Source: Octopus vulgaris
Taxonomy: Eukaryota
Length of the DNA: 64,000 nt
Assembly (NCBI GenBank): GCA_951406725.2
Contig: OX597822.1
Coordinates: 42,594,001 to 42,658,000, forward strand
Direction: 5' to 3'
A model generated the notes under the pieces. The model searched no databases, was not told the DNA's origin, and saw only the letters and a list, made by a program, of their open reading frames with translations. A program made the translations under genes and the position numbers. Below are positions 1 through 12,085 of the stretch, piece by piece. Each line of letters begins with the position of its first letter. The stretch's first letter is position 1.

Positions 1-65
1 ATAATGCAAGTTTATGAATGCACACTGTGTACTTGTATGTGTGTGTGGAGATATATATATACATA

Positions 66-868
66 TAGGGGTTGGACAAAATAATGGAAACACCTAGCAT
101 CATAACATCATAATTTTGAAATATCAATAAAACCGTCAAAAGCTTGTTTATTTTTATGCTTTTTGTGTGATGCTTAATATGTTTTGCTAAAATTGCTGTT
201 TCTTTTCAGATACCATCAGGAAAAGTTAATGAAAATTCATTAAAATGACAGATCTATCGAACTTTCAAAGAGGTCAAATTGTTGGTGCTCATATGACAGG
301 GGCTAGCCAACGAAAACAGCCAAAATGTATGGTGTATCAAAAAGTACTGTCTGGAAAGTAATGATGGCCTTTGAGAAAGAGGGAAAAACCTCCTCATTGA
401 AACCAAACTATGAAAGAAAACCAAAACTTTCAGATAGGGACTGTCGGGCTCTTACATGAATTGTTAGAAAGTATTACAAAAGTATAGCTCTCAAAATTAC
501 TGCAGAGCTTAATGACCACCCCAAGAACTCAATTTCCACAAAAACTGTTTGCTGGGAGCTGCACAAAGCTGGAATTCACGAGAGGGCTGCAATCAGAAAA
601 CCACTACTTTCAAAAACAAACATTGCAAAGCATTTAGAGTGGAGTAAAAATCTACAGAATTGGTCCCTAGAGCAATGGAAGAATGTTATTTTCTTGGATG
701 AGTCATCCTTTAACCATATTTCCAACCACCAGTCGATTATACATGTAGAAACAGCCCAAAAGAAACATTTGACCCAGATTGTCTCCTTCCAACTGTTAAA
801 CATGGAGGAGGATCTGTGATGATCCGGGGATGCTATATCTTGGAAATCTGCCGGCTCAATGGTTTTCA
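66..868 (+). mobile_element. Decayed, 3'-truncated Tc1-family DNA transposon
   Basis: Tc1-like end GGGGTTGGACAAAATAATGGAAACAC. Disrupted transposase from ATG 245: MTDLSNFQRGQIVGA..., AAIRKPLLS, WKNVIFLDESSF, PTVKHGGGSVM, with a stop and frameshifts. Confidence 0.88.
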
Positions 869-948
869 ACATATTTTATATGTAAATGTATGTACATATT
901 ATATGCATATACACACATGAATATATGTATATTGATAGATAGAGAGAA

Positions 949-1194
949 TTTTGTTAAGGTTATTTTCACAGATATTCTATAAAAATTATAGCCAGCACTG
1001 ACTTTTGCTATAACATTTCATATGGAGATGTGAGATGTAAACAAAAAATGAGATCGAAGACAAAAATGGGTAATGAGTGTTTTTGTGTTTGATTTCATTG
1101 TTTGTTTACATCTGACATCTCAATATGAAATGTAGCAAAAATCAGTGCTGGTTATAATTTCTATAGAATATCTGTAGAAATAACCTTAACAAAA
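949..1194. repeat. Fold-back repeat (~95-bp arms 949-1045 / 1101-1194); related shorter copy near 28790-28930
   Basis: Arms are reverse complements, e.g. TTTTGTTAAGGTTATTT / AAATAACCTTAACAAAA. Confidence 0.85.
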
Positions 1195-1265
1195 TAATGT
1201 AAAGAGCACTGCTAACACAGCAGAATGTGGTTTTGATTTATGAAAATATTCAGTATACTTTATAG

Positions 1266-1661
1266 TGTAGCGAGGCACAAAGAAGCCAGCACCATTCTGA
1301 AGCAACAGTGAGATCTCGCCTGCAACCATTGCCATACATGAAACAAAAACAAGATCTCGCCTGCAACCATTATTTAAGGAAAGACAACGACATTTCCTCC
1401 CTCGTTCTCCTCATGCTGACGCCGAGCAAAACTTTGAAGCCAGGAGCTGACAGCGGACTATTGTCCCGCTGTGATACCACATGCATTGTCTCCAGAGGTT
1501 ATTGAACCTCACGTGTATGGAAGAGAAGGCTAACTACACACTGCTGTGAAGATGGTTACTGAAAGCAAACCCCTTGTACGAAGCACCTGTGAATAAACGG
1601 TTATTGAATTTACTCTGCCTGAGAACTTCATTCTTCGTATTTCCAGCTCCTTGAATCAACA
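1266..1661 (+). mobile_element. Possible solo LTR
   Basis: TGTAG...AACA ends, AATAAA near 1592, internal 20-bp duplication AGATCTCGCCTGCAACCATT, CpG-richer than the flanks. No clear target-site duplication. Confidence 0.35.
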
Positions 1662-1888
1662 GAATAATTATAATGGAAGAAGAAGATACCCCAAAAGTAT
1701 CATAAAAACCTTCCTTCCATTATAAAAATATACTGTGTTTGCATAACGAAATACCAATAACTTACAAATCATTAATAGAGAGATAAATATCATTTAGTTT
1801 TCTGTCCACTCATTGTAATAAAAAAAAAATAAAAGAGATAAAAGCGTGTAATGGAAAAAGAGTGAAGGAAAAACATGCGTTAACTGAC

Positions 1889-2006
1889 CCCTCTGTGTAA
1901 CGCCGTCCGTCCATGGATGTCTTTGTTGTTTACTATAGCACCTGATGTGATGAGATTTAACACAGCATCTACGTGGCCATTGGCAACAGCTAACATCAAC
2001 GGTGTT
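1889..2006 (-). CDS. ANKRD28: ANKRD28-like exon K: (R)TPLMLAVANGHVDAVLNLITSGAIVNNKDIHGRTALHRG
   Basis: Acceptor tttcag and donor gtcagt; 118 nt, phase 2->0. GRTALHRG matches the family. The gene continues beyond position 1. Confidence 0.94.
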
Positions 2007-2081
2007 CTGAAACACAACCACAATAACATAACTTTTTACTGTCGTACCACTGAACAACATCAACACTGATTTAGGGGTCTA

Positions 2082-2115
<34 letters not shown>

Positions 2116-2134
2116 CATCATCATTATTATCATT

Positions 2135-2565
2135 AAGGTGGAGAGCTGGCAGAATGTTAGTATGTCAGACAAAGTGCTTAGCGGTATTTTGTCTGTCTTT
2201 ACGTTCTGGGTTCAAATTGTGCCGAGGTTGACTTTGCGTTTCATCCTTTTAGGGGTTGATAAAATAAGTGCCAGTTGAGCACTGGGGTAACTGTCATTGA
2301 CTGGTCCCCTCCTCCAAAATTTCAGGCCTTGTACCTATAGTAGGAAAGGTAGCGAGGCGGCAGAATTGTTAGCATGCCAGAGAAAATGCTTGATGGCATT
2401 TTACCTGTCTTTACATTCTGAGTTCAAATCCTGCCCTTGTCATCTTTGCTCTCATCCTTTCAAGGTTGATGAAATAAGTACCAGTTGAGCAGAGCACTGG
2501 GGCTGATGTATTCAACTAGCCTCTCCCACAAAAGATTTCAGGCCTTATGTTAATAGTAGAAAGGA
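2135..2565 (+). mobile_element. Two tandem copies of tRNA-derived SINE family B (head AAGGYGGCGAGCTGGCAGAA)
   Basis: B-box-like GGTTCAAAT, body TTTCATCCTTT..GGTTGATAAAATAAGT.CCAGTT; follows an (ATT)n tract. Many other copies in the window. Confidence 0.8.
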
Positions 2566-2796
2566 TTATTATTAAATGGTAGGAAAGAAGAAATATAATG
2601 GGAAATATTACTTTAAGGGACGAACTATAGAGAGTGGATATTGATTTTTAAAAATTATGTTAGGAGTAGGGCCCATGGCCTTCACAAGTCCCCTTTCCCC
2701 ACCTCCCAATCTGGTGAGACTAGAATTACAGTTCAGGGAGTGCTGACATGAGGATTATGTGGGTCATAAAAATAGATATCTAAGAAGGCAGACGAA

Positions 2797-2972
2797 GGTA
2801 GATATTTAAGGATTAGATACTTAAGGGTTAGATACTTAAGGGGTAGATACTTAAGGGGTTGATACTTAAGGGGTTGATACTTAAGGGGTAGATATTTAAG
2901 GGGTAAATATTTAAGGGGTTGATACTTAAGGGGTTAATATTTAAGGGGTTGATATTTAAGGGGTAGATATTT
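2797..2972. repeat. ~16-bp minisatellite (AGGGGTTGATACTTAA)n
   Basis: About 11 near-identical tandem units read directly. Confidence 0.9.
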
Positions 2973-3082
2973 AGAAACAAGATTATTGGCCAGTAATTGG
3001 ATATGATAATGGGGTATTTTTTAAATCAAAATGAAGGGTTGTTTATAATGTCTATGGGAAGGGGGGAGTAGCAGTAACCTAC

Positions 3083-3170
3083 CTTTCGTTGTCATCTGTA
3101 CAATCGACTATGCAACTATCCTCTGCAGCATGTAGCAGTACCCGTAGACATTCCGTGTGGCCATTGTATG
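3083..3170 (-). CDS. ANKRD28: ANKRD28-like exon J: (A)YNGHTECLRVLLHAAEDSCIVDCTDDNE(R)
   Basis: Acceptor tttcag and donor AAG|gtaggt; 88 nt, phase 1->2. Confidence 0.93.
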
Positions 3171-3669
3171 CTGAAAGTAGACGCACAGCACATTTTATCA
3201 GTTTAAAAGGTTGTAATATAAAAATGAGTAGAAGGTGACTAGCACCATACACACACAAATGGCTGTCATAGATATACACACACCCATCAATACATATATA
3301 CTCACATATGTCCTCATTTTAAAGGACCCTTTTCAATGCTTGCATGGCATGATGGGTTGGGCAGAGTTTAAGGTAAAATCTTTCTATAGCTGGATGCTCT
3401 TCCCATCACCATCTCTTACCTGTTTCCAAGCAAGGTAATATTTCCTCAAGGTCAGAAATGTTTGCATAGAATATCGGAAAAGAATGGTATTCATTTACAA
3501 CAATGACAATGTCAAGACATGGAGATACAAACATACACACACAAGCAGTCACATATCCCCAGACACAACAGTATATAATTAATAATATCAGGGTAATAAA
3601 GATTTTAGAAATTTTTACTACCTGTGGCCTAGCGTGTAGAAAAATTAGTCAATAGACTATACATTATTC

Positions 3670-4003
3670 ATATAAATACAGTGTACATTTAAACACATAA
3701 GAGGTATCCATCACAGGATTCCTTGCATGCTAGAAGGAACAGCTAAAGTCCAAACCACTATTAGGGATAAAAACTCGAAGGGAATGAAAAATAAAAACAT
3801 TTGCCATCTATCTCCTGGACAATGGTTTCTGACTTTTTTTTAGCAAATAAAATAATTTGCTAGGCGAAGTCTTCATCAACAGGTACATATAAGTACGAGT
3901 TTTTATCCCTAATAGTGGCTTGGACTTTAGTTGTTCCTTCTATCGTGCAAGGAATCCTATGATGGACACCTCTTATGTGTTTAAATGTACACTGTATTTA
4001 TAT
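3670..4003. mobile_element. Fold-back element (108-bp arms 3670-3777 / 3896-4003) with a hammerhead-like motif in the spacer; probably Penelope-like-element (PLE) derived
   Basis: Arms about 90% complementary. Spacer on minus: cctg-TTGATGA-agact...agtca-GAAAC-catt-GTC-cagg. Confidence 0.7.
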
Positions 4004-4416
4004 ATATGTACACACACACACACACAATACATTAACTATCTAACTTATTAGAAGCCATGCTCATATATATATACACAAACACAAACTGATAAAACAGTTG
4101 ATTGACACAATACAATGATTGGCTTTTATATACACACACCATGGTAATACTGGTTGTTTCACATACACAATGCATTGAATGCTTGTCATATACAAATGTT
4201 ATAGTAATATACTGACTAGCTATCATACATGTATACATACACACATACATGCATGCATGTATGCATATACACTGGCTGTCTCACACACACACAAACGCAC
4301 TGCTTGTAACCATGTCCTGTCTGTCTTATGTATACTTTGTACCTTAATCCAAAAGTTCACTAAAAAAAACCCTACAACAACAACAACAACAGTAAAGTGA
4401 GTGATGACAGACTGAC

Positions 4417-4542
4417 CTGCACTGTGAAGGGGGGTCCTGCCAATCACTGAATCGTGGACCGCTATTCCAGCTCGGTTTTGTAATAAAATATTTACACATT
4501 CCGTATGACCCCGAAAACACGCCAGATCTAACATGGTGCGAC
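4417..4542 (-). CDS. ANKRD28: ANKRD28-like exon I: (G)RTMLDLACFRGHTECVNILLQNRAGIAVHDSVIGRTPLHSA(A)
   Basis: Acceptor ctacag and donor CAG|gtcagt; 126 nt, phase 1->1. Matches the family segment GRTPLDLAAFKGHVECV. Confidence 0.94.
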
Positions 4543-5126
4543 CTGTAGGAGAGTGGGAGGAGTGAAAGAGAAAGAAAAAAACATAATCATAAGACACATA
4601 GGAGGGACTGCGCAGGGAGCAATTTAGGTTGGACAGTTCATGATGATGATGATGAATGGGGGGGAGGGCAAAGCAGACTTTTGAATTAGTTTGATGAGAG
4701 ATAGAATTTATGTGTGTGTGTATGTGTGTGTGCATGAGCATATATGTAAATACATAGTGTGTGAGCATGTGTTTCTATATATCACCATCATCATCATCAT
4801 CATTTAACCCTTTAGGGTTTAGATTTCTCTCAAATTTATTCACGTTGTTTTGAATTACTTGTGCCTTGTCTCAAAGCTTCAAGATTTTGATGGTGTGATT
4901 ATTTACCTTTAGAATGACATTGTAGGGTAGGTGTGAGAGGCTGAATCACATAAGTTTGAACATAAAACAAGGATAATATTCTGGCCAGATATGGCTGGTT
5001 TAAACACTAAAGGGTTAACATCCATTTGCCATGATGCTGGCATAGGTTGGATGGTTTGACAGGAGTTGGCAAGGCCAAGATCTTACCAGACTCCATTGTC
5101 TGTTTTAGTGTGAATATATATATATC

Positions 5127-5165
<39 letters not shown>

Positions 5166-5571
5166 CCCCACAGCCAAGATACTGTATGAATAGCCACTGT
5201 CCTACACCTCTGCAGGGTGGTTAGTGTTCAGAAGGGCATCCAACTGTAAAAAACCCTACCAAAACAGACACAGAAACCTAGTGCAGTCTTCTGCCTAGCC
5301 ACTCCCTGTCAAACCGTCCAGTGGATGTTAAATGATGATGATGACGAAGAAGAATTGGTGGTTCTTTTTGCCTTGGTTCAAAGCAGCATCCTTGACAGAA
5401 TATAAAGACAAAAGTGAAAAGCTATCAATCTAACATGAAGACGATGCTACCGGCCACAAGGCTGTGCCATTTTAGAAACTTAATGCTATAATTTCTGACA
5501 TTACACACTATCATCATCATCATCGTTTAACGTCCGTTTTCCATGCTAGCATGGGTTGGCCGGTTTGACCA

Positions 5572-5623
<52 letters not shown>

Positions 5624-5629
5624 TCAAGT

Positions 5630-5956
5630 AAGAAAATGGAGAGTTTAAGTGGATATAAATTAATCTATTAACATATTGTTAATTAAGCCTGCAATTATTT
5701 CAATTTACGCTCAATACAAATTACAAACCCATAGAATAAAAAATCTGCATTTTAAAGATTTTGGTGAATCTCAATTGATCAACATGCAGTTCCTTTAATG
5801 TCCATTGGCCCTGATGATATTTTACTCAAAATGTTCAAAATGCCAGCATTTTAATCCATAGGTTTGTAATTTGTATAGAGTGTAAATTGAAACAATTGTA
5901 GGCTCAATTAAAAATATGTTAAATTAATTTACAACCATTTAAACTTCCATTTTCTT
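5630..5956. repeat. Older fold-back repeat with a degenerate CTGATGA hammerhead remnant at 5811
   Basis: Complementary arms AAGAAAATGGA...TACAAATTACAAACC / GGTTTGTAATTTGTA...TCCATTTTCTT. Confidence 0.65.
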
Positions 5957-6084
5957 AATAATATTCAATATTTATAATATACCTACCTATATTGAAGAGA
6001 TATTTCTCAACAATATAAGGTATTAAACCAGTGTAACTTGGATGAAATCACCCCTTTAAGGGGTTAATATATCTTCGCAGTGAC

Positions 6085-6137
<53 letters not shown>

Positions 6138-6214
6138 GAGATAGTGGTACAACAATGCACTAATATTTACTGGAAATAGCAGTCGATAATATACAACGCT
6201 ATAGTAAAGCTTCA

Positions 6215-6271
<57 letters not shown>

Positions 6272-6360
6272 GGCAAAAATGTTGCTGGTGGCGAACATAA
6301 AAAATTTCATCTAACCTGTAGGAAGAACATTAAATAAATGTACAACCCAAATATGGATAA

Positions 6361-6433
6361 TCTAGGACCTAGGTTTCGAGCTTTCCAAATTACGTTTGTT
6401 GGACGTAAATTTGATTAGTTCTCATCTGCTAGA
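6361..6433 (-). ncRNA. Type-I hammerhead ribozyme motif with one core substitution (CAGATGA)
   Basis: tctag-CAGATGA-gaact...agctc-GAAAC-ctag-GTC-ctaga: 5-bp stem I, long stem II, palindromic ACCTAGGT stem III. Confidence 0.75.
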
Positions 6434-6667
6434 TTCACTTAGACAAAATCTCAAATGTTGCTACACCATTGCCAGTATTTACTCGTCTGAAACACCTCGA
6501 CATTAACAGACCGAGAACAGTGAGAAAGTTTTGAAAGAAAAAGTTATTAAATAGTGCAATACAGTAGTATTGCTTCCTAATAAAAAAGCACCATCAGGTT
6601 AAACTTGGACATACGACAGTTTAACATAATCACAACAATATATATACATATATATGTATGTATGTAT

Positions 6668-6717
<50 letters not shown>

Positions 6718-6720
<3 letters not shown>

Positions 6721-6993
6721 GAGGCGCAATGGCCCAGTGGTTAGGGCAGCGGACTCGTGGTCGTAGGATCGCGGTTTCGATTCCCAGACCAGGTGTTGTG
6801 AGTGTTTATTGAGCGAAAACACCTAAAAGCTCGAGGCTCCAGCAGGGGGTGGTGATCCCTGCTGTACTCTTTCACCACTCTTTCTTCTGTTGGCCTGCTC
6901 GCTTAGCCAGCAAGGTGGCGTCATTCGAAGGCTAAAACAATGCGAACACATTGTGACCAGCGATGTGTAACTACATCTGATGGACTGGTCGGT

Positions 6994-7000
<7 letters not shown>
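6718..7000 (+). mobile_element. tRNA-derived SINE family A inserted in a (TA)n tract
   Basis: A box TGGCCCAGTGG and B box GTTTCGATTCC; flanked on both sides by (TA)n. Related copies at 20743-21280 (composite) and 31733-32025. Confidence 0.85.
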
Positions 7001-7053
<53 letters not shown>

Positions 7054-7431
7054 AACTGTCATATGTCCAAATTTGGCCAAATGTGAGTTTTTGATATTTT
7101 ATTTTGCTTGCAATAGTCGGTTCTTTTGGTCAAACTATCCTATCTCCAGCTGCTTCAGATGAAAATTATCAAAGTGCAGTACAAATGTTTAGCATTTTTC
7201 AAAAGTGTAATGAGTCCCACATACGATAGTTTTGCAAAAATATTTCTGACCGAAAATATCATACATGTACAGAGTTACGATTTTATGCACCCAACAAAGT
7301 ATTATTGTTGAGCTGAAACTATTGCTAATGTAAAAAGAAATGGAATGGTGAAACTATTTTTTCGTTTTCTGGAAAAAACTCAATATTTTGGACTCACAAC
7401 ACTTTTGCATAATAGTAACGATATATATATT

Positions 7432-7770
7432 CTTTTATTCTTTTACTTGTTTCAGTCATTTGACTGCAGCCATACTGGAGCACCACCTTTAGTCAAACAA
7501 GTCAACCCCAGGACTTATTCTTTGTAAGCCTAGTACTTATTTTATTGGCCTCTTTTGCTGAACCGCTAAGTTACAGGGACGTAAACACACCAACATCGGT
7601 TGTCAACCGATGGTGGTGGGGCGGAACAAACAAACACACACACATATATATATGATGGGCTTCTTTCAGTTTCTGTCTACCAAATCCACTCGCAAGGCTT
7701 TGATCAGCCCAAGGCTATAGTAGAAGACACTTGCTCAAGGTGCCAGGCAGTGGGAGTGAACCTGGAACCA
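7432..7770 (-). mobile_element. tRNA-derived SINE family C (octopus OR/OK-like), partial
   Basis: Body TTTTACTTGTTTCAGTCATTTGACTGC.GCCAT.CTGGAGCACC...GGGCTTCTTTCAGTTT with an internal (CA)n/(TA)n tract. Confidence 0.8.
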
Positions 7771-8153
7771 TAGATGACATCCACGTAACTTGGCAGAGTT
7801 CAGCAAAAGAGATGAAGAGAATAGGTACTGCACTTAAAAAGAAAGTACAAGGGATCAATTTGTTCAAATAAACCTTTTAAGGTGGTGAATAATCTTGGTG
7901 GGATTTGAACTCAGCACATGGGAGTTTTCTATTCCAACAATTCTGCCAGCTTGCCACCTTAAGGAACAATTATCATAATGACTGGAATAAGTAAAAGATA
8001 AATCATAGGTCTGCAGGATCAGTGCTGGCCCTGGGTTAAACAACAACAGCGATTAAATTCTATGTGTCCTGTTTTGGCAGGTGTGTGGTGATGGTAGTGA
8101 TGAAGGTGGTAGAGCATGACTGAGTCATGAAAACAAAAGACAATCCAACTTAC

Positions 8154-8229
8154 CATTCATATCACAGATGTCGAGGTTAATTATGTAACCCAGCAGAACG
8201 TTCAATGCCTGTTCATGACCATTGTAGGC
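8154..8229 (-). CDS. ANKRD28: ANKRD28-like exon H: AYNGHEQALNVLLGYIINLDICDMN(G)
   Basis: (TTG)n tract ending tgcag, donor G|gtaagt; 76 nt, phase 0->1. Confidence 0.92.
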
Positions 8230-8779
8230 CTGCAACAACAACAACAACAACAGTAGCAATAATAAGCAGAAGAATAAAAACAAATGGACAGTTATATTAT
8301 GAAGAAGAAAGGAGTAGAAGGGCTACAGCATCATCATCGTTGTTTAGTGTCTGTTTTCCATGCTGGCATGGGTTGGACAGTGTGATTGAGTGCTGGCAAG
8401 CCAGGAGGCTGTACCAGGCCCCAATCTGATCTGGATGCCCTTCCTAATGTCAACCATTCTGAGAAATTAGTGGGTGCTTTTTACATGCCACTGGCACAGG
8501 CAACAATCATGCTCGAATGGTGTTTTTTACATGCCACTGGCACAGGCAACAATCATGCTCGAATGGTGCTTTTTACATGCCACCGGCACGGGAGCCAGTC
8601 AGGTGGCACTGGCAACGATCAGGCTCGAATGGTGCTTTTAAGGTGCCACTGGCATGGGACTAGTCAGGTGGCACACATTAAATAAAAAAAAAAGGAAAAA
8701 GCGGAAAGGAAGTGTGTCTAGATGAGTGGTTCTCAACCATGTTTTGCCTAGGGACCCCTTTGATTCCTAGTCTACTCTC

Positions 8780-9345
8780 CTATAAGGCACAAGGTCTGAA
8801 ATTTGAGAGAAGGGGTTTGGTTGATTACATTGCCCTGCCCAGTACTCAACTGGTACTTGTTTTATTGACACTGAAAAGACGAAAGACAAAGCTGATCTTC
8901 GTGGAATTTGAACTTGGACTGTAAAGATGGATGAACTGCTGCTAAGCATTTCACCAGGCATGCTAATAATTCTGCCAATAATAATAATAATAATCCTTTC
9001 TACTATAGTACAATGCCTGAAATTTGGCAGGAGGAATTAAGTTGATTACATCGACCCCGATGTGTAACTGGCACATATTTTATCAACCCTCAAAAGGATG
9101 AAAGGCAAAGATGACCTAAGAATGTAAGGACAGATGAAATACCGCCTTAATAATAATTATTTCAAATTTTTGCTGCAAGGGCAGCTTGGAGGAGGTGGGG
9201 GATAAGTCAATTACATCAACCCCAGCATTCAACTGGTACTTATCGACCCCGAAAGGATGAAAGGTAAAGTTGACCTCAGCGCAATTTGAACTCAGAACAA
9301 AGAGACGGGTGAAATACTGCTATGGGTTTCGTCCAGCGTGCTTAA
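8780..9345 (-). mobile_element. Three tandem SINE family B copies
   Basis: Repeated AACTGGTACTT.TTTTAT.GAC...AAAGGATGAAAGGCAAAG blocks separated by (AAT)n. Confidence 0.75.
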
Positions 9346-9383
9346 TAATAATAATAATAATAATAGTAAAAGTATTTACTTAC

Positions 9384-9449
9384 TGCCAGATGAAGAGGTG
9401 AATATGGAGCTCCAGTCCGAAGAAGGTCTGTAGCAGCTGAGTCTAGAAT
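9384..9449 (-). CDS. ANKRD28: ANKRD28-like exon G: ILDSAATDLLRTGAPYSPLHLA
   Basis: Long pyrimidine tract ending ctgcag, donor gtaagt; 66 nt, phase 0->0. SPLHLA starts the next ankyrin repeat. Confidence 0.9.
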
Positions 9450-10260
9450 CTGCAGGAGAGAGGGAGAGAGATGGAGAAAATCAATAAACAGAACAAAAAC
9501 ATTTTTCAAGTCTGGAGCTTATTCTATTAGTCTCTTCTGCCAAACTATTAAGTTGCAGTGGCATAAACAAACCAACACTGGTTGTCAAGAAGTGGGGTAT
9601 GGTGTGGAGACGACAAACACAAACACATACATATGGCAGGCTTCCTTAGTTTCCTCCTACCGTGAGGAATTGGTCAGCTTGGGGCTACAGCAAAGACACT
9701 TGCTCAGGGTGCTGTGCAGTGGGACTGAATCCAGAACCAAGCGGTTACAAAGTGAGCTACTTAACTGCACAACCACACCTGCACCTATCCTTGCTAATGC
9801 ACTAAAACAGAGCAACAATGTCAAAGTAGTGAGAATCAAGAGAGCTGCACCTGTTTTCTGCAAGAAGGATGAGGAAGGACAATACAGAAGTACAAACAGC
9901 AGATACTCAAAAATTCTGCATGGAGCTAATGACTACAAGGTATCAGTAAATTTGTAAGAGGTCCCCCCTCCCGTGTTCATCACTCACTGCATTCCCCTTC
10001 CTCTCTATCTCTCACTCTCCTTTCATACTCTTGTGAACTTCTCTACCCATTCACCCTGTCCAATCCTTTGTATGACTTGTATTCAAGTAACTTGAAGGTA
10101 CACCCTGACACACCACAATCTCCTCTCTTTCTTATCAACACCAAGATGCCCATACCTGTCTCTCTTATACTTTAACTTCCCCTCACTTGACATAAAGCCA
10201 CCCTTCCCAGCTCAATGCTACACTCCACCTCCATTGGTGGGTTTTGCCTTGTCAGTTACT

Positions 10261-10685
10261 TACTCTTTTACTCTTACTTGTTTCAGTCATTTGATTGTGG
10301 CCATGATGGAGCACTGCTTATAGTCGAGCAAATTGACCCCAAGACTTATTCTTTGTAAGCCTAGTACTTATTCTATCGGTCGCTTTTGCCAAACTGCTAA
10401 GTTACAGGTTGTAAACACACCAGCATCAGTTGTCAAGCGATGTTGGGGGGAACAAACATACACATACACATTATATATATATATACACACACACATATAC
10501 ACATATATATACACACATACAAATATATGATGGGCTTCTTTCAGTTTCCGTCTACCAAATCCACTCACAAGGCGTTGGTCGGCCTGAGGCTATAGTAGAA
10601 GACACTTGACCAAGGTGCCACATAGTGGGACTGAACCCGGAACCATGTGGTTTGTAAGCAAGCTACTTACCACACAGTCACTCCT
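10261..10685 (-). mobile_element. SINE family C, near full length
   Basis: tRNA-like head on minus (GTGACTGTGTGGTAAGTAGCTTGCTTAC...GGTTCAGTCCC). Further copies at 27830-28222 and 56915-57300. Confidence 0.85.
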
Positions 10686-11689
10686 CTAGTGCTTTTAACA
10701 TATAAAAGGTACCCTGTGAATTGGGCTGACTCTCCATCAGTTGCGACAGGTGTTACAGTTGATTCAATCAACAGAACAGCCTGCTCATGAAATTAACGTG
10801 CATGTGGCTGAGTACCCCATAGACATGCAAACACTCAATGTAGTTCTAGAGGGGATTCAGGTACAATTTATTTATGAGGTATGTATGTATATATGTAGTG
10901 GAGGTGCATGGCCTGGTGGTCAAGGTATCAGGCTCATGACCATAAGATTGCGAGTTTGATTCCTGGCGGTGCGCTGTGACCTTGAGCAAGACACTACTTC
11001 ACCCTGTGAAGTGGTTGGCATTTAGGAAGGGCATCCAACCCATAGAAACCATGCCAAAGCAGACACTGGAGCTTGGTGCAGCACTCTGGTTTGTGGGTTC
11101 CTGTTCAACCAGCCAACCCATGCCAGCATGGAAAATGGATGGTGAATATTGGTGTGGTGATTTATGTCCCCAAACTGCAATGAGAAAGCAACCTGCTAAC
11201 TCTATAAACATGATCAGCCTGGATTGTTGATCTGATGATGTCTTGGAGAAGGCAATATGAAGTGGGCACATGAAAAGAAGTGACACAGAATATGAAGGAC
11301 CAAGAGAATTGCATAAGGAGGCATGAGGATGGGAGTGTACAGTGCTTCCAGTTGAGGTGGACAGTTGTGGGTTTGTAGTTAGATTCACAATGTCCTGCCT
11401 GGCTGACATGAGGTTAAGGAAAGACAGCAAAGCAATGATTGGCAAAACTGAGAAGGAAACAGAAAATGTTTCATCACAGATATAGCAGATACGTGGAAGA
11501 GAAGGACCAAAGCTGAGGGTAAAGAATAAAATCCCAACCAATCATCATCATCATTTAATGTTTGTCTTCAATGCTGGCAAGGCCAGGTTCCATTGTTTGT
11601 TGTGGCATGGTTTCTACAGCTGGATACCCTTCCTAATGCTAGCCACTTTACAAAGTATACTGGATGCTTTCTATACAGCTTCACCACCG

Positions 11690-12085
11690 GCGTCTTCTAC
11701 GTGGCTCCACCACTGGCATCTTTTACGTGGCTCCACCACCGGTGCCTTTTACATGGCCCCACCACCAACGCCTTTTATATGGCCCTACCACTGACGCCTT
11801 TTATATGGCCCTACCACTGACACCTTTTATATGGCCCTACCACCGGTGCCTTTCACATGGCCCCCACCTCTGGCACCTTTTACATGGAACCACCACCGGC
11901 GCATTTTACGTGGCTACACCACCGGCACCTTTTACATGGATCCGCCATCGGCACCTTTTACGTGGTTCCACCATCGGTGCCTTTTACGTGATATCACTAC
12001 TGGTGCTTTTTTTTTTTACACGGCACCAGCACTAGTGCTTTTTACGTGGCACCATCACTAGTGCTTTCTTTTTTACATGGCACCA
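11690..12085. repeat. ~22-bp minisatellite (CCACCGGCACCTTTTACGTGG-type) expanded inside a SINE/LINE-tail family
   Basis: Many tandem degenerate units; the same motif appears in fewer copies at 8470-8670 and 19990-20185. Confidence 0.85.

Noticed and set aside
6718-6795. tRNA-like sequence
   Set aside because: It is the head of a multicopy SINE and continues directly into the SINE body; not a tRNA gene.
11558-12061. Overlapping repetitive ORFs and a CRISPR-like periodic appearance
   Set aside because: Contiguous ~22-bp tandem units without unique spacers, in a eukaryotic intron; no cas genes.
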